Positions 37,197 to 51,015 are shown, numbered from the whole stretch's first letter. The stretch is DNA of 54,122 nucleotides, filler included, from Sphacelaria rigidula (GCA_964200075.2; 5 parts of 5 records of this genome joined end to end with filler, not necessarily neighbours in it); one strand, 5' to 3'. The notes: a model not told the origin generated them from the sequence alone. Translations and numbers: made by a program.

Positions 37197-39423
37197 GGGA
37201 GTCACTTAATGTGTGATAATCAATTAATCAAAGTTTATTGCTGAGCATGCATGCTCAAGAACCGAAAATGTGTCGATGTCTGCTTGACTGACCATAAACA
37301 TAATTAACTGGAAGTAGGGATAGGTACTGTGCACAGAGATGTCTCAAGTAAGGCGGGGTTGCATACTGCGGAGACTCAGAGGGAAGAACGATTTTACGAA
37401 AAAATGCAAGGTGCACAGCTGCTGTCCGGTAAGAACAGACCTTGTCACCTTATGAGTTAATAGGCTGTCCTATCCTATTTGAAGGTCGACGTGAAAATTT
37501 TCTGACCCACGCGCAGACGCCTCCATATATTATGATACATAAATAGCGCCTGCTGCCGAACACACGTCGTGAGGTATCCGATGCTAGGGGCACTTGAACG
37601 CCTCCAATAAACAATGGGTGTGTATATCTGATCGGAATCCTGCACCTATTTTCAGTGAAGACCCCAAATCTTGTTTTAAACCCCGAATTTCCATCACAGC
37701 ACGAAAACACACGCCATAAAAACCAAACACTGCGTCACGAAGAGAAGAAAACAGCGTCTATCTGGACGGGGCCTTCTGCCGAGAATAAAACCCGAAAAAA
37801 CAACGCATGTCGGTTTTCGGAAGGACGTGTGTGCTTTTCTCGTGGGGTGTCTTCATGCTGAAAAACATCAACGGGTTTGGCTCACGCAAATGCGAGGTTC
37901 AGCCCCCCAAAACGACGCGCAACGATCTCATTTACAGGGGGAAATGTGATTAAAACCTTCTCAGGTGCTTCTGGAATGGACAAAGGTAGCAGTGCCCGGG
38001 ATCGGAAATGGGGCAGGAAATCCACAAAATAGGGTCGTGTTTTGGCCGGGCGTTGTCGTGTTTCCATACGATACGTGGTTTTTGGATGTTAATACTTGAC
38101 GATTCCATACAGTAAGTGCAAGTTCCTGTACAAAACTACGCAGAACTTCATCTGTGCACATGTAGAAAGCAAGGGAAACGTTCAGAGTGCCTTTGCTGTA
38201 TCAAGTATCTTATGCATGTTTCATAAAACAGCGAAACAACACGCGTAGTAAGTGCGCGCGGGAACAGGGTGGGGGGGGGGAGGAGGCGTGAACGCCACGT
38301 GAATTCTTACACGGCAGCTGCAATACCAGGACGATCTTACTCTTGAAGTAGTACCCCACAGAAAGAGGTGGCGGACCTAAAACGGGTACTTTATTGTAGG
38401 GGTGAAAATGCAATACAGTCATGTCTCGGGAATGAAATCAAACATCATCCAGTCCAGGGGCGTCTGACGGGAACCTGAAAAATCATTCGAGTAATAACCA
38501 TATAACAAAGATAGACGGGCCAAGATGGGTGGCCGCTACCGTGTGCTTGGTGGTAGCTGAATAACGTATATGGTGAAGCATCGATCGCCGAATCATCCAC
38601 GCTTATATTTGATTGCTCCCCCGTTATGATGTCTGAGATCACAAACAATACTAGGATTGCCAGGAACCTGCGAAAATAAGTAGTGACTGCTGATATTGTT
38701 GAGAACACCGCTCACCTCTCGAGTATGTGTTTGTTAGTGCCTGCCTATTATTCTCCGAGTACTTGTTCTAATGGTGTGGGTGAACATTTGTTGCCAATCC
38801 TACTCTTGTATGGGTCCTAGCCCTTGGGCGCCATACCATATGCCAGGGTATTTCTGTGGACCCAGTAGGGGAAGGACCCGGCACCGTTTGTATTGGCATG
38901 ATCCAACGGGTGCACGGTGCTACGCCGTACATATGCAACACCCCTAGGGAAGAAACAAATGCAGCTAGGCTTTCGCTTTTCTCGTGCATCAGCTAGCACG
39001 AGAAGCGAAACAACGCATTCGTTCTGTTGGGGGGTACTAGTCAGGCTCACTTGTGCTACTGCAAGTTGTGTTTGTGGATCTTACTAACTGTTGTGATGTC
39101 TTCCACGTGTATACAGTAAAGAACGCGCAGTCAAGCTTGGTTCATGCTTGGATCGCCGGCCGTTAGGACACGTATCCTTTTATTTCGCTTGCGCCTATAC
39201 GATATGATACAGCCTGTTTAATACGTAGGGGGGTGCTACGTATCGCAGGTTTTATCGTCGTCGTAGCAATAGCTGTACATATTAGGTTGTCATTTGAAAG
39301 CATATCCGCTGTTTTTCACCACTGCATCTCATGGTGTAGCTTATACAGTAGATGGGAGCTACCTGCAGTAGAATTGTCCGAAACATGAATACTCCGCAGT
39401 ACACACACACGTATATATCTCAC

Positions 39424-39545
39424 ATTTCTTCGTCGACCGTCATTGGAAAGATGCTCGTACTGGATGCCAGAAAGCTCTCCACCTCAACCAAAGACTTGCC
39501 CGGCAGCGGAGACAAAGGATTTGTCCCCGTTAGCGTGCGTATCTC
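39424..39545 (-). CDS. Unidentified gene, exon 3 of 4 seen
   Basis: TGCAG acceptor, AT|GTGAGA donor; EIRTLTGTNPLSPLPGKSLVEVESFLASSTSIFPMTVDEE(M); phase 0 in, phase 2 out. Confidence 0.7.
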
Positions 39546-40151
39546 CTGCAAGCCTCGATGATAAACGTGCACACGGACACATGTATATATATATATATAT
39601 ATATTGGGCATATATATGTATTTATATGTATATATTTGCGATCGCCTCAATTCCCCAGAATTGTTTTTTCACCGAGGATCCCAACATTTTGGTTATCAAA
39701 ACTCAAATTTGTATGTCGTGTACAAGTAGTCAATAGCTATCAATACGTCAAGGAATGCTATATTTCGAAGAATTGTATGTGGATACAAAGATTTTCATTT
39801 CCCGGGTTATAATCCTAAATAAAAAGTGATCGTCCTCAATGAAAAGCTCCATCCTACCTAAATTGTGATGATTGACTTCAAAAATAGAGAAGTGGAATGA
39901 GAAAGGCAGAGACGGACCAGGACGAACAAACAGATAGATAAAGTGGAAGAAGAACTCTCCATCGGCATCCATCGTACTAAATCAACTTCCGCGTACAAAA
40001 CCGCGCATACAGTTGCCACCTTAACTCTTGGCCTGCAAGGGTACTGCACGACGAGTAAGCAAGTCCAGTGCTACTACACCCTACTGCATTACACTGCTGC
40101 ACTATACCACACTGTGCTGTGCTGTGCTGCTCTGCGCTATACTGTACGCAC

Positions 40152-40296
40152 CTTCCGTGCATCCTTCAAGCCCGTCCCCAGCTTCACCGGACCCCTCCTC
40201 TTCATGCTCCTGTCATCGGCCTTCAATCTCGCGCCGACCACACGCCCATTTTTCCCCACACCTGATCCCGCGCCCGCTCCTCCAAGGAGGGCCTCG
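40152..40296 (-). CDS. Unidentified gene, exon 2 of 4 seen (Gly/basic-rich)
   Basis: TTCAG acceptor, AAG|GTGCGT donor; EALLGGAGAGSGVGKNGRVVGARLKADDRSMKRRGPVKLGTGLKDARK; phase 2 in, phase 0 out. Confidence 0.7.
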
Positions 40297-40931
40297 CTGA
40301 AGCGGATCACAACGTCGAACGGCCAATGGCGGCGGGGGGAAGGGGTGGCGTATAATCGCTTGAGTTTTATTATTTCATGCTGTGTACAGCTCCCTGTTAG
40401 GTTCGAACTTGCTCCACGATGTACTCTCCTCAGGAAAAGACGGAGCAGAGACGAGGCGTTTGTTTTCTTTCCTTGTTTGCTTTGTCGGTTGAACTTGAAA
40501 GAGAGCGACTCTGTCTCGAGCCGGAAGAGGGAGCGCAGGTGGGCGGATATATGGCTGACTCATTCGTCCGTTCCTTCCTTCCGATGTTGCGACTTCTTCG
40601 CGTCAATGCCCCCCCCCCCCCCATGAAATGGCTTTCGTTACTGTGCTGCTGCTTCTTATTCTATATGTTTTGGACATTGTGACAGCCCTTTCTGTCCTTC
40701 TAAAGAGAACTACCCTTTATCAGCACTGGCGGTACGACCGTATAATGGAGTTTCCCCTATCTCTCCCAATTTTTCGATTGATCATCACACCCTTGGCTAT
40801 ATTCATTCAATCCCACGATATGCAGTATACTCGATATTTATTTCTCCGTCCCAACGACGAGACGGAGCGCGGTGATGGCCAACAATCCACCACCTTCTAC
40901 TGTGCGATGAATGAAATAGAGACACTCATCC

Positions 40932-41250
40932 CGCCGCCGCGCCCCGGTGGTGTAATTGTCCGGCTGTCGCCATTAGGGTGCAGAGAACGAAGGTTCAATT
41001 CCCGATGCGTTGGATTTCTTCTTCGTGATGTCTGATTTCCAACGTGGAAAGCGTGAGAACGTAGTAAACAAAGTCGTCGACTGAGTTTGTTCGATGTGGG
41101 TTGACGCGGCGCGGGAGTGCTGACCTAATCCGCGAGACCAGAATGTAAGGTGTGTACCGGGGAGAGATGGGTTGATCTCTTGAGACCACGGACTCGTTCC
41201 GAGGAAGAAGAGGGGTTCAAAGTGCGACAAAATAAATAGAAATAAAATGA
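40932..41250 (+). mobile_element. tRNA-derived SINE family A, full length
   Basis: Head CCGCCGCGCCCCGGTGGTGTAATTG...GGTTCAATTCCC; colinear with the reverse complement of 8905-9215; A-rich tail. Confidence 0.85.
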
Positions 41251-41757
41251 ATCTCCCCAAAGACTTAGTACGGATCACAATTGACCAACTCCGAGGTGCC
41301 GAAAGTCGAAAGTGATTTCGATCGCAGGTGCTGTCTCTGAAGTGCATCACGCGGCGATCGTGCCGTACTTTTCCCTCACTTGCCAGTCAACCTTGGCACA
41401 GCGTTCCTTCTCGGTCTTTTTAATGCGCTTCGTGAATCTGAATCGCACGAACGCCGTATGCTCGAATGCACAGCCGGAAGGTGTCCTCGGACGTTTTTTT
41501 GTTTTTTTCTCCGAAATGACCCATCCCCAGTCCCAAAAACGATCCTACTTCGGGGTAAAGTCAAATACGAAAAACAAAAAGGGGAGTCTCGTGCAACAAC
41601 TTTTAGCGTTGTAGTTTCATTTGGAGAGATGAGTCTCCGCAAGACAATATACAAAAGCCCATTTGCTATATTTGAACCCCAAACAGCTGCCGCATCGGCG
41701 TCCTTCTTCTTGCTCTGGAGTCGTTACATTTTTTTCACTCTCTTCACCTTGAAGCAG

Positions 41758-42172
41758 CGGATTCTCAAAAATAGGGTGGAACAAAAAAATAAGGTTCAAC
41801 CCAAAAGCAGTGCTTCCCTTGACCTTACGTCATAACGAATGGTTGTCATATGGACGACCTCATCCCTCCCGACCTGCCTACAACTATTCCGGAGGATTTT
41901 TAGCCTTCCGTTCCCCCAAGGGGTATGTTCGGAAGCACAGTTTTGTCTCGATTCCGGGGTGAAAAACAAAACGCTTTTTGGCCAAAAACTCGTGCTTTCA
42001 CACATACCCTTTGGGGGATCGGGACGCTAGAAATCCCCCCAAATAGTTCTAGGGAAGTCGGGAGGAATAAGGCCGTCCACATGAAAGTCATTTGTCATGA
42101 CTTAAGGTCGGAGAAAGCGCTGCTTTTGAGTCAAACCTCATTTTTTTGTTCAACCCCATTTTTGAGAATCCG
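41758..42172. mobile_element. Foldback MITE; an extra left-arm copy lies at ~42419-42595
   Basis: CGGATTCTCAAAAAT...ATTTTTGAGAATCCG termini with ~180-bp imperfect arms. Confidence 0.8.
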
Positions 42173-42736
42173 TTGTTTTGATTGATTTTATTGATTGTCG
42201 CACATTAACTGATCTCCGAGGGACCCAGTCGTGGTCATTCTCCACTGGATGGACGTACGTACCCAAGGGAAACAAGACGAAAACGCTCGCCAGAGAAAAA
42301 GAAAAAGTGCAATAAATATGAAAGACATGACGAAAGAGATGGAGATAGCAATAAAAGCAAAAAGCAAAGCAAGAACAAATAATCGAAACAGGTCAAAACC
42401 AAGTGGAGAAAGTATAGTGGGTTCTCCAGAATGGGGTTGAAAAACAAAAATGAGGTTTGACTCAAAAGCCGTGCTTTCCCTGACCTAAATTCATGACAAA
42501 TGACTTTCAAATGGACGACCTCATCCCTCCCGACCTCCCTAAAACTATTTCGGGGAATTGCTAGCCTTCCGTTCCCCGCAAGGGTGTGTGTGAAACACTA
42601 CGGTATTGTACTGTACTATGCTACCGTAAACATATTTATTTCTGTTCGATTTTGACCTTCCTTTTGCCCAGAGTGTTTTTTTCATCATCATACATAATAT
42701 TTTCTCTTAGCACAGTAAATACCGCCAGTCGCTCAC

Positions 42737-42918
42737 CGGCCTAGTCCCAGTGTTTTGAGATCGGCGGAAGTAGTAAAAAGGGACATGCTCCATTCCGAAT
42801 CATCCTCGCTCAGGAAACCCCCTCGTCCACCAGTCCCGACAAGGCTCTGTGGAGAGCCCGAGCTCGCCGTCGTTCTGGGAAGGCTTCCTGTACTCGAATT
42901 CAACCGCAGGCCCGATCG
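42737..42918 (-). CDS. Unidentified gene, exon 1 of 4 seen (Ser/Gly-rich)
   Basis: CAACAG acceptor, CG|GTGAGC donor; RSGLRLNSSTGSLPRTTASSGSPQSLVGTGGRGGFLSEDDSEWSMSLFTTSADLKTLGLG(R). Phase 2 out fits the next exon. Confidence 0.65.
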
Positions 42919-43278
42919 CTGTTGTCGATGTTCGTCCGCGCGTGTGGATTCGTTTTGGCACAAATCATGGACACAAATCATGGGTGATGGAATGAAGTGA
43001 AGGCGTGAATTAACCAAGGCGAAAAACAGATGAGACTTCAGGCGATCATGGGTGCTTCACGGTATATTAGCTACTGACAGTTCACAGTGTTTCATTTATT
43101 CACCTGCAGTTGAAGACAGGAGTGACTTTACGGTTTCAAAGAGTGTATCGTTTTGGCATCGAGCAGACACAACACATGGGCGAACGGGGGGGGGAACGGG
43201 GGGGGGGGGGGGGGCGGGTGTAGCTTGTGGGGGGGTTTTGGTGGGTGGGCTATGGCACACTGCTGCTTTGGCGGACAG

Positions 43279-43378
43279 NNNNNNNNNNNNNNNNNNNNNN
43301 NNNNNNNNNNNNNNNNNNNNNNTTAATTAATTAANNNNNNNNNNNNNNNNNNNNNNNNNNNNNNNNNNNNNNNNNNNN
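43279..43378. other. Artificial scaffold-joining linker
   Basis: N-TTAATTAATTAA-N, 100 bp. Confidence 0.97.
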
Positions 43379-43459
43379 AATGCCTCCTCTTTAGTTGGTA
43401 TTTGTATGGCAGCGAAGAGTGAGTTGCTTTATTCTGTGGTATCGCCACTGCCAGGGGGG

Positions 43460-43900
43460 GGGGCGTACTCATTCGTCGCTTGCCTTAGTCGTGTGACCAT
43501 TAACCACGCATCCCTTTCGAGACGGAGCATCGTTCCTACTCCTAATAGAGCCACCTTCAACATGCTGGTGCTCATTACGTTTCTTCCATACATTACACAA
43601 CAACCTTTCAAATATCTGATTCCCGTCCTGTTTCGCAGTCTCTGGCCACCATCTATCTCCTAGTATAGCCGTCGTTTTCTCCCTACTGTCTAATGCATGA
43701 AAATATTTCATGCCACTTTTGTTCACGTCCCGCATTTCCCCCTCACGCAAGTCCTATCCCTCCTTGTGTTGTTCACATTATGCCACTACATTACTTATGC
43801 TCTCAATTCCTTCGCCACAGAGGCAATTCTGTTCATCTCCTTCCTCCTCCTTTCGACGACTGGTATATATCTTTCTTCTTTCTCGCGGGTCTAGGTCCCT
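43460..43900 (-). mobile_element. LINE 3'-end fragment
   Basis: Colinear with 480-690 and 815-950 (AILGDRWWPETAKQ vs RWWPQTAKQ). Confidence 0.75.
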
Positions 43901-44310
43901 CGCCCGAAATCGCGGTTTCATATTCTTCACAGCGTCCATCGGGCAGGTCCCCCGCCCGAAATCGCAGTTTCATATTTTTTGCAGCGTCTATTGGGCCTGG
44001 GCGGGGTACATTTTCCCTCGCGGCTTCGCCGCTCGATGACCAATCCATTATGCTCCGTTCAACTCGTTAATGGTTAGACAAACCATCATCCAGTGCTGTG
44101 CACTTGGTTACACGCTTATCTGTGGACGAGATAATGCTCATCTGGGAGACGACACAAGAAGACGCTGTTAATAACGTCAAAGGACGCTTGATCCGAATGA
44201 GACGTCATCTGGAGCGAAACACCGCTCCCAACAAGCAGCAAAAACTATCAACATGGACACTATAAATAATCACTCCGTTCCTCAAGTACCGAAACACTAG
44301 TCGATCAAAC

Positions 44311-44467
44311 TCAGGTGGAAGTTATTGACGAATGACTGCGCAAGTCCTCGATCAACTTAGTGTATTGGGGCAACCTCGGCTCCCCCACTTTGAAGGTCGT
44401 TCGCTTGCTCGCTGGAGTATTTCCCGAATCCCAGGCATCGTTCATATCGTACCCGTCTGCGGCGCAG
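44311..44467 (-). CDS. Tyrosinase-like gene, terminal exon
   Basis: GAGCAG acceptor; completes the split His codon (CA|C), then CAADGYDMNDAWDSG...SSITST-stop. Confidence 0.75.
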
Positions 44468-45544
44468 CTGCTCAGAAAGCAATGTAATGGAATCGAAAGA
44501 AGGAAAAAGCGGCATTCGATGAGCCACATCCCGGCAAGTGTATGCACACTGCATGTACAGTAGTGGACGGTCTAACTATCTAAGGGGTGTTTTGTTTTGT
44601 TTTTTCGCGTACTACTCTTCGATAGGACTCGGAATTGCTAGTGTTGGTGGATTTTGGTACAATGAACAGCATCACCCTCGAAACACAGTGCCCGAGTCGG
44701 TGTTAGGTGGTGCTATCGGGCGATACGAGTTAAAACCTCGTTCATCAGGAGGGTGTTATTGACCGTAAAACACAATTTTCCGGCTCTAGTGCAATGAGGA
44801 GGTAAAACTTAGAAAAACACAACTGTACATTTCTTCACAAATATGGTCGGAACAGGCTTGATCGACCGAAAATACCGAAGAGTAAAAATCTGCACTGAAA
44901 CGTGGCAGGAACCCCGATGACCGTAGAGCCCGTGACACTCAATACAGTATTTAGTATGGACGATCTTTGGTTCTTCGACTGTGAAGGGGATACGAGTATC
45001 TTTAGATCCCCGATGTGATGAGGAGTGGAAAGTGAAAAGAGCCTGAGAAAATCGCCAATTACGAAAAAAAATTAGAATGCCACTAAATGAATATTAAGAC
45101 CGCCCACTACTGTAGAAATAGGGAGTGTACCCATCCCTTTCCGATTTTCTCGGCAACCTCTCGGCTTCCACCCGCCCATGATGCTGGTACAGGGGCCTTC
45201 TGTAGCACACCACCCCTGCATGCAATGCAAAGTAAACCTCAGTTGGCATACCACCGATCACGATGCAAAAATGTAAGACAAAACAACTGAACGCAACATG
45301 CGACATGAACTACAGTATCTTGTAGGTCCTTCATCGGATGTCAAGTGACGCCTTCAATTCTACCATTCTTGTCGAACTGCTTTCATGCATAGAGCGAAAG
45401 TGCGAGCAAAGAAAAAACAAATGCAGGGGCAAATGAAACATGAGTGATAAATGTGCGCCGGTTCCGTCTACAGGGGCATGTATACCAGCCCGCCTGGTCC
45501 TCTTTACCGCGAGACGAGCTCTACGCTGCTCATTCAGCACGTCA

Positions 45545-45548
<4 letters not shown>

Positions 45549-45600
<52 letters not shown>
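45549..45600. repeat. (GT)n microsatellite
   Basis: About 25 uninterrupted GT units. Confidence 0.95.
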
Positions 45601-45863
45601 ACATACAGCAAGATTCTGATTGAATACCGTGCTACACTGGGCAATCCAATTTCGCCAACTTTCAATGAAAAGAGGCAAGAGTCGGTAGCGGTGTTCAGGG
45701 GGAAACCAGCTTACCGGGACGTAAAGTAATCACTAGTCACTCAAAAATGGCACGGAATCCAATGAATGAAAAGTGAAGAGGGACTAAACAGTGCTTGCAC
45801 GTAATCCGTGACAAGTAATGTGCTTACTCACGTCGGCCTACTCTTGAATAAAAAAATACTCAC

Positions 45864-46084
45864 TGCGGCCACTCGAAGTTGTCGTAGATGTAGTTGAGGC
45901 CATTGACGCGAGGGTCGAGCATTTGCAGTACCTGTCGATTGGACAGTCTGTTGTCCGTGTCGGTGTCGTCTTTGAATCCAGATCGGGTCTTGAAATCCCG
46001 GCTACCCGGATCGGCCCCGAAACCGAACGGGAATACATCGCTCCCACGGTGGCCCACGCAGCTGTCGCCGGCGGTGCTAATTGA
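45864..46084 (-). CDS. Tyrosinase-like gene, penultimate exon
   Basis: GACAG acceptor, CA|GTGAGT donor; SISTAGDSCVGHRGSDVFPFGF...LSNRQVLQMLDPRVNGLNYIYDNFEWP, containing the YxY motif that closes tyrosinase core domains. Confidence 0.8.
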
Positions 46085-46919
46085 CTGTCGCAGTGTGGGA
46101 TACGGAGTAGTAGGGTTATGGGCTTGGTTGAGAAATACTGTACTTGGATGGAAACGCGTTGCCTTGCACGAAGGCAGGATGATGCACTCCTGAACGTGTA
46201 GGAGAATACATAATGGGCCACCGTGAAAACGGATTCAGGCTCTCACCCACAGCGAACAGATGACGGCGAATTGCGCCGTGATCCGCACATCTTCATCGTC
46301 CAATCAAGGGGAAAATGTCCATTTGCTGGAAAGTCTGGGTCGATTACATCTCGTTGATTGAACGACATGGTGAGTAATTCCTGAACAGTATGGAGATGAG
46401 AGTCAATACTTGAGCCTATATGAAATTCCTCACGATGTATACAACGGATGACGACGGTTTTTAGAGAGAGCATTCCCTGTAGCGCTGGGAAACGATCGGT
46501 ACACTCCCCTTCTACCTAATTCGTTATCCACACAAATGGTGTAGATAAGATTCCATACTTGACCGAATATTTTACTGAGCAATAGCACAACATGCGCTAA
46601 ATCTGAATTGTGATTTGAAATCAAGTGTAAGGGCATCGTGAAAAGAAAAAGCAGGCCTTCATTTTCTTATGAGTAAGCTGGGGACGTTCTTGACAAAATT
46701 TGGGCTTGGCTATACTGAGACATTACCAAAACAGCCTGCAAAATCCTGTTGCGCCTCCATGTCGGGAGTTGCACTTTCAAAACAAATAAGGAGAATGAAC
46801 GGGGAATGATGAACCATTACTTCCAGATATGAACCTGTCTTCCCCATGAGTTGAGGGCAAAAATCCAGATACGAGTTAGGCCAGCCCAGACGCGAAATCA
46901 TGGTCCACAAACTCCGCCC

Positions 46920-47300
46920 CACCTCAATTTCGAGAGTTGGACTTTCGAATTTGGTACTGAGAAAGAATAGGGTAAGGAGAAAAAAGTCCGATCGGGACGG
47001 TAACGTTTTTCTTCGCCGTAAATTAGTGGCAATGATCAGTACGTGATTGTTATCAAATAGCCGTTAACCCACGCATACCGAATGAAACACCCACCATCCC
47101 GTTCGATCCTATCTGTGAATGGCCTATTCTCCCTTCGTACCAAATTTGAAAGTCCAACTCTCGAAATTGAGACGGGGTGGTTTAGGGACCGGGCCGGGCG
47201 AAATTCGGAACAATATGTTCCAGGTCATATATCGGCCAAGGTTTGGTGCTTGTGTTTCGAATCTCTGTGAGGGACCTCGCTAGGCCATAATTAAGCACAA
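46920..47300. mobile_element. MITE-like repeat, same family as 9500-9876
   Basis: CTCAATTTCGAGAGTTGGACTTTC.AATTTGGTAC is inverted at ~47137-47171. Confidence 0.7.
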
Positions 47301-48369
47301 ACATGGGGAATCTTGATTTTTGCTTACATTTTCCACTTTTTCAGGATCTCACTGTATAGTGAAGACGACATTTCACGAGGACCCTCATACCTTGCCGTGA
47401 AACAAAAAAATCAAGGCCCATTGCTTTTGATTTTCAACATGCCTCTTCAATTCTCCACGTCAAGTTCAAAACCACGTTTCTAGGAATTCAAATTTGTGTG
47501 ATGCTACGGTGGGGGTGCACAAATATTTTCCGAGGCAAGAATTACTAGGAGCACTTTATCTCATCCGAAACACGACTCACGAAATATGTGAGATTACGCC
47601 AGGATGAGTATTCCAATGTGTAAAGGATACCCCCAATAATTTTGCAAACGGGGATACCCTGTGCCATATTCTTGTGCATCTAGAATCATTTGGAGTCACT
47701 GAAGCAGACAAGATTTTGCGCAAAAAGTGCATCCCTACCGTAGCATTGCTCATCTGAAAGTTACCGTTAGTTTGCTCGGGACGGGTTGGGAGGAAGCTGG
47801 GGCAGCGTTCGTAGGGGCGGAACTGCACGTTGCAGCCCAGGAATATTTTTGTTCATGTTATTTTCATTCCGCTGGATCTACACTGTTACCCCCGAAGTAA
47901 TGAACAAATATCTTATCCCCACAATATGTTTGATATTATGCTCTCCTCGTTTCGCGCACCAATTCAATAGGCCAGCTCTAAAAATTAAGCTGAGAATAGG
48001 CCGTTCAAAAACCGGGGTCAGTTGGGATTGGGAAAAGCATTTTGCAGGCCACTCATCAGCCCACTTTGGTGCTTGTTCTTCGAAACGTGTTGTTGGGGCA
48101 TGAGGGAAAAGGTGCGATGATACGGGATCATATCTTCCATGAGTAAACAACGTTTGGATGTAGGAACGACCATTTAGGACGAGAAGGTCCTGAGGTGATG
48201 AAGAGAAAACATGATGGTCTAGCTATGGGTTGCTTTCAGCGTGTGCCTTCGCGATTATTCGTACTGAATTTCGAACCAATAATGTAATTAAACGAGCAGG
48301 TAAACGGAGACTTGATGTGCTGTGGTAGAGGTGAACTCTGTTCACACAGTACGATTGTGCTATTTGCGC

Positions 48370-49900
48370 ACAGCCTCGATTCCGGCATTCCCCTCCGGTA
48401 AGTCGCCGCCTGCGTCATTGATTTGCGCCATCGTCAGTCACGGTATGCCCGGCACAAGTCTCGAGTGCGACCCGCAAAGCGTCGCACTCGGCCCAGCGTC
48501 AAAATGGCCACGCAGCACGGAGACTTGACGACATGAGCCTTCAGGTTTTTTGGCGCCTTGTCATTGATCTCCTGCCGAAAGTGCTGCCTAGGAATCCCCC
48601 AGGAATATCAAATCTCGATCCCTGCAACCTCCCAGTGGCATTCGGGCGATAGCACCAGAATGTACCCACGGCTCTCAACCGTGCGCTGCACTGCTATCCT
48701 CTCGTCCCGAAACTCCGGCAATTTTCCCAAGCCGGCCACCATGTTCTTCTCTGGCTCTACCGTCGGCCCCATCCCCGACTTGTCCACTCACAATCCGCGC
48801 TCACACAATACCTGTTTCATACCCCTCCGTTAAACGACATGAGCCTTTTACCGACGTAACCTTCTTCGATCCCTTCATCCGCTTTGCACTTGTGCTAGTT
48901 GCTTCCTCCGTGCTCCCGCCTCCTGAGGTGGCAGAGCTGTTCTTTTTGGAAGCTTCCCCTTGTACCTACTTCGTGTCTACGGTGGTGGCATCCAAATCGC
49001 AGAAAGGTGGTGGGTGGTGTTGCTGGAATGACATGCGTTGTGTTTCACCTACGGCGAGCTTCCTCTCCCTAGGTTCAGCTCCTGCGAAGTCCTTTGTGCT
49101 CTACTTTCCGTCGACGCGGTACATACTCGCCTTCGATTTACCCTAACACCCCTCCATCACTTTGGTATCCCCTAGCATCCCCTGCTTCCCGTATTTCAAG
49201 ATGTACGCAATCCATCCTCACGCGTTTTAGTGTTCGGCAAAGTATTTGCGTCAAAGAGTACTTGCTTGTCCTTTCTGACGACTTCTAGAACATTCAGGAC
49301 ATTCACCATCTGTTTCTCACACCGGTCGAAATCCCAGCGGAGTGCATCAACCGTTTTGATCACTCCGTCGTCTTTCAACAGGTCAACGTGGGACTCGCTG
49401 CACGCCTTCCCATCAATTCCGCAATCATATACCTCCGCGTAGAAGGCCTCCGGTCTCCTCGAGTTCGCCGAACTTCGCCAACTCCTGGGGCGATGGTGAA
49501 GACTTTTCCGCGCGCACCCACGGGGTTGACGCAGCGCGGTTTCCTGATTCTGTCCCATGTACATGTGGCAGCTGTCCACATCATCAGGCCTCTCGTGGCC
49601 GTCAGTGTAATGCGATTGACTGTGCCTCTCGTACGTGCTTGTGTCACCCAGAGTGGACCGTGGTTGTCGAGATAGGGGGGGTCAAAGGATACTACTCCAG
49701 CTTCAACATCCCTCCCTCTCCCTCAAAGAGGCCGCTGTTGACGTATCCATGGACCAACTTGATCGTTTCCCGCTTCTGCGACTTGAGCCACCGTAAGAGC
49801 TTGAGCTTGAGGTCTTCCTCGGAAAAAATCAACTCCCTCTCGCGCACCCTCTTTCCGTCGCGCTGAAAGTATCCGTCAAGTTTCTTGAAATCGCAAATCT
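48370..49900 (-). pseudogene. Decayed DDE transposase, IS630/Tc1/mariner-like, in the large intron of the tyrosinase-like gene
   Basis: Minus-strand translation across stops gives EEDLKLKLLRWLK (~49800), MGQN (GQDE-like, ~49555), KQVLFD...REDGL (~49260-49215), GETQRMSF..PPPF, GYVGK, RGMKQVLCERGL, LPEFRDE, VESRGYILVLSPECHWEVAG.E.*YSWG...FR (48690-48570). Confidence 0.7.
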
Positions 49901-51015
49901 ATTTGAAAATACGAGGCTTTATGCCGACGAGGTGGTAACTGACGACCAGCTTCGCTGCAGTCTTCAAGAAAGAGGAGTCATGACGCATCTCGCTCGCCTA
50001 TGCCATGAGGTCATATGCACGACCTTAGACGATTCTCGTGGCAGCTTTCGTTGCGGGTGCGTCTCCGTCACATGTATCTCTCGCCTGCTCCAAGTGTTAA
50101 AAGGTTTTCCCGTCACGCTCACGCTCTGCCCCAGGGATTTCCGTTGTTGTATATGTTTGTTTGCTTACACGTAGCCTCTGCGTATCCGACCCGGTCGAGG
50201 GCACGCTGGACTCCACCTCTGCTGCTTCTGCAGCTTCTGCGTACACATCCTCGTTGGGCAGCAGTAGCACCTGTGGAGGTTCAAACATGTTCGCCCCGAG
50301 ACGGGGGATTCATGAGTCGAGCTTCTCATCACGTGTCCTCAGCTGCGTGATCTGTGCACCAAGGGAAGAAGCACGCCTGGTGAACCTCCCGCTTATCATG
50401 ACATCCCTCACCGACCAACCCCGCCGCAGGCATCTCCGTTCTCGGCTGGAAAGGGCCACCGACGCTACAAAATTTGCAACGCTAATTTAGTGTCCGTCCC
50501 GGCGTCGTCGCAAGTTTTTTGGCGTCCATATCGCTGAGTTGGGTGAGACTGTTCAGCGATTTTCCTGTGGAATGTAGCGACCGATGGGATTTGCCGTCGT
50601 GGGTTACACTATAGCGCCACCCCATACACGTCTACGTACACACCCTAATGCATCCGCGCATCAGTGGATACAGGGTATGAGTACATTAGCATATGCAACC
50701 GCACTGAGGATGCAGGTCCAATTGATGATGCAAAACCGGGCCTAGCGTGAAGGTTATAAATGGGAGAACAGCAGCCATAACGTAATTACAGGCTGTGGAT
50801 CAGGAAGCATAAACGCAGTAGTGCTACCATATAACCGGCACGGTGCATACCCCGCAACAATCAGACCACGCCATCTGCAGAAGAAAAACAGCGGATACGC
50901 ACGTCCCAACCCCATTGTAATCATGAGATGGATGATATCTAGCATCGTATTCGAGCTACAGGAGGCAACAGCAGCAGCGGCAGCAGCAGCAACATATGCA
51001 TCTGTAATGACTCAC

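Noticed and set aside
47500..50500. Ty3/Gypsy element
   Set aside because: No RT, RNase H or integrase motifs and no LTRs; the readable motifs fit a DDE DNA transposase.
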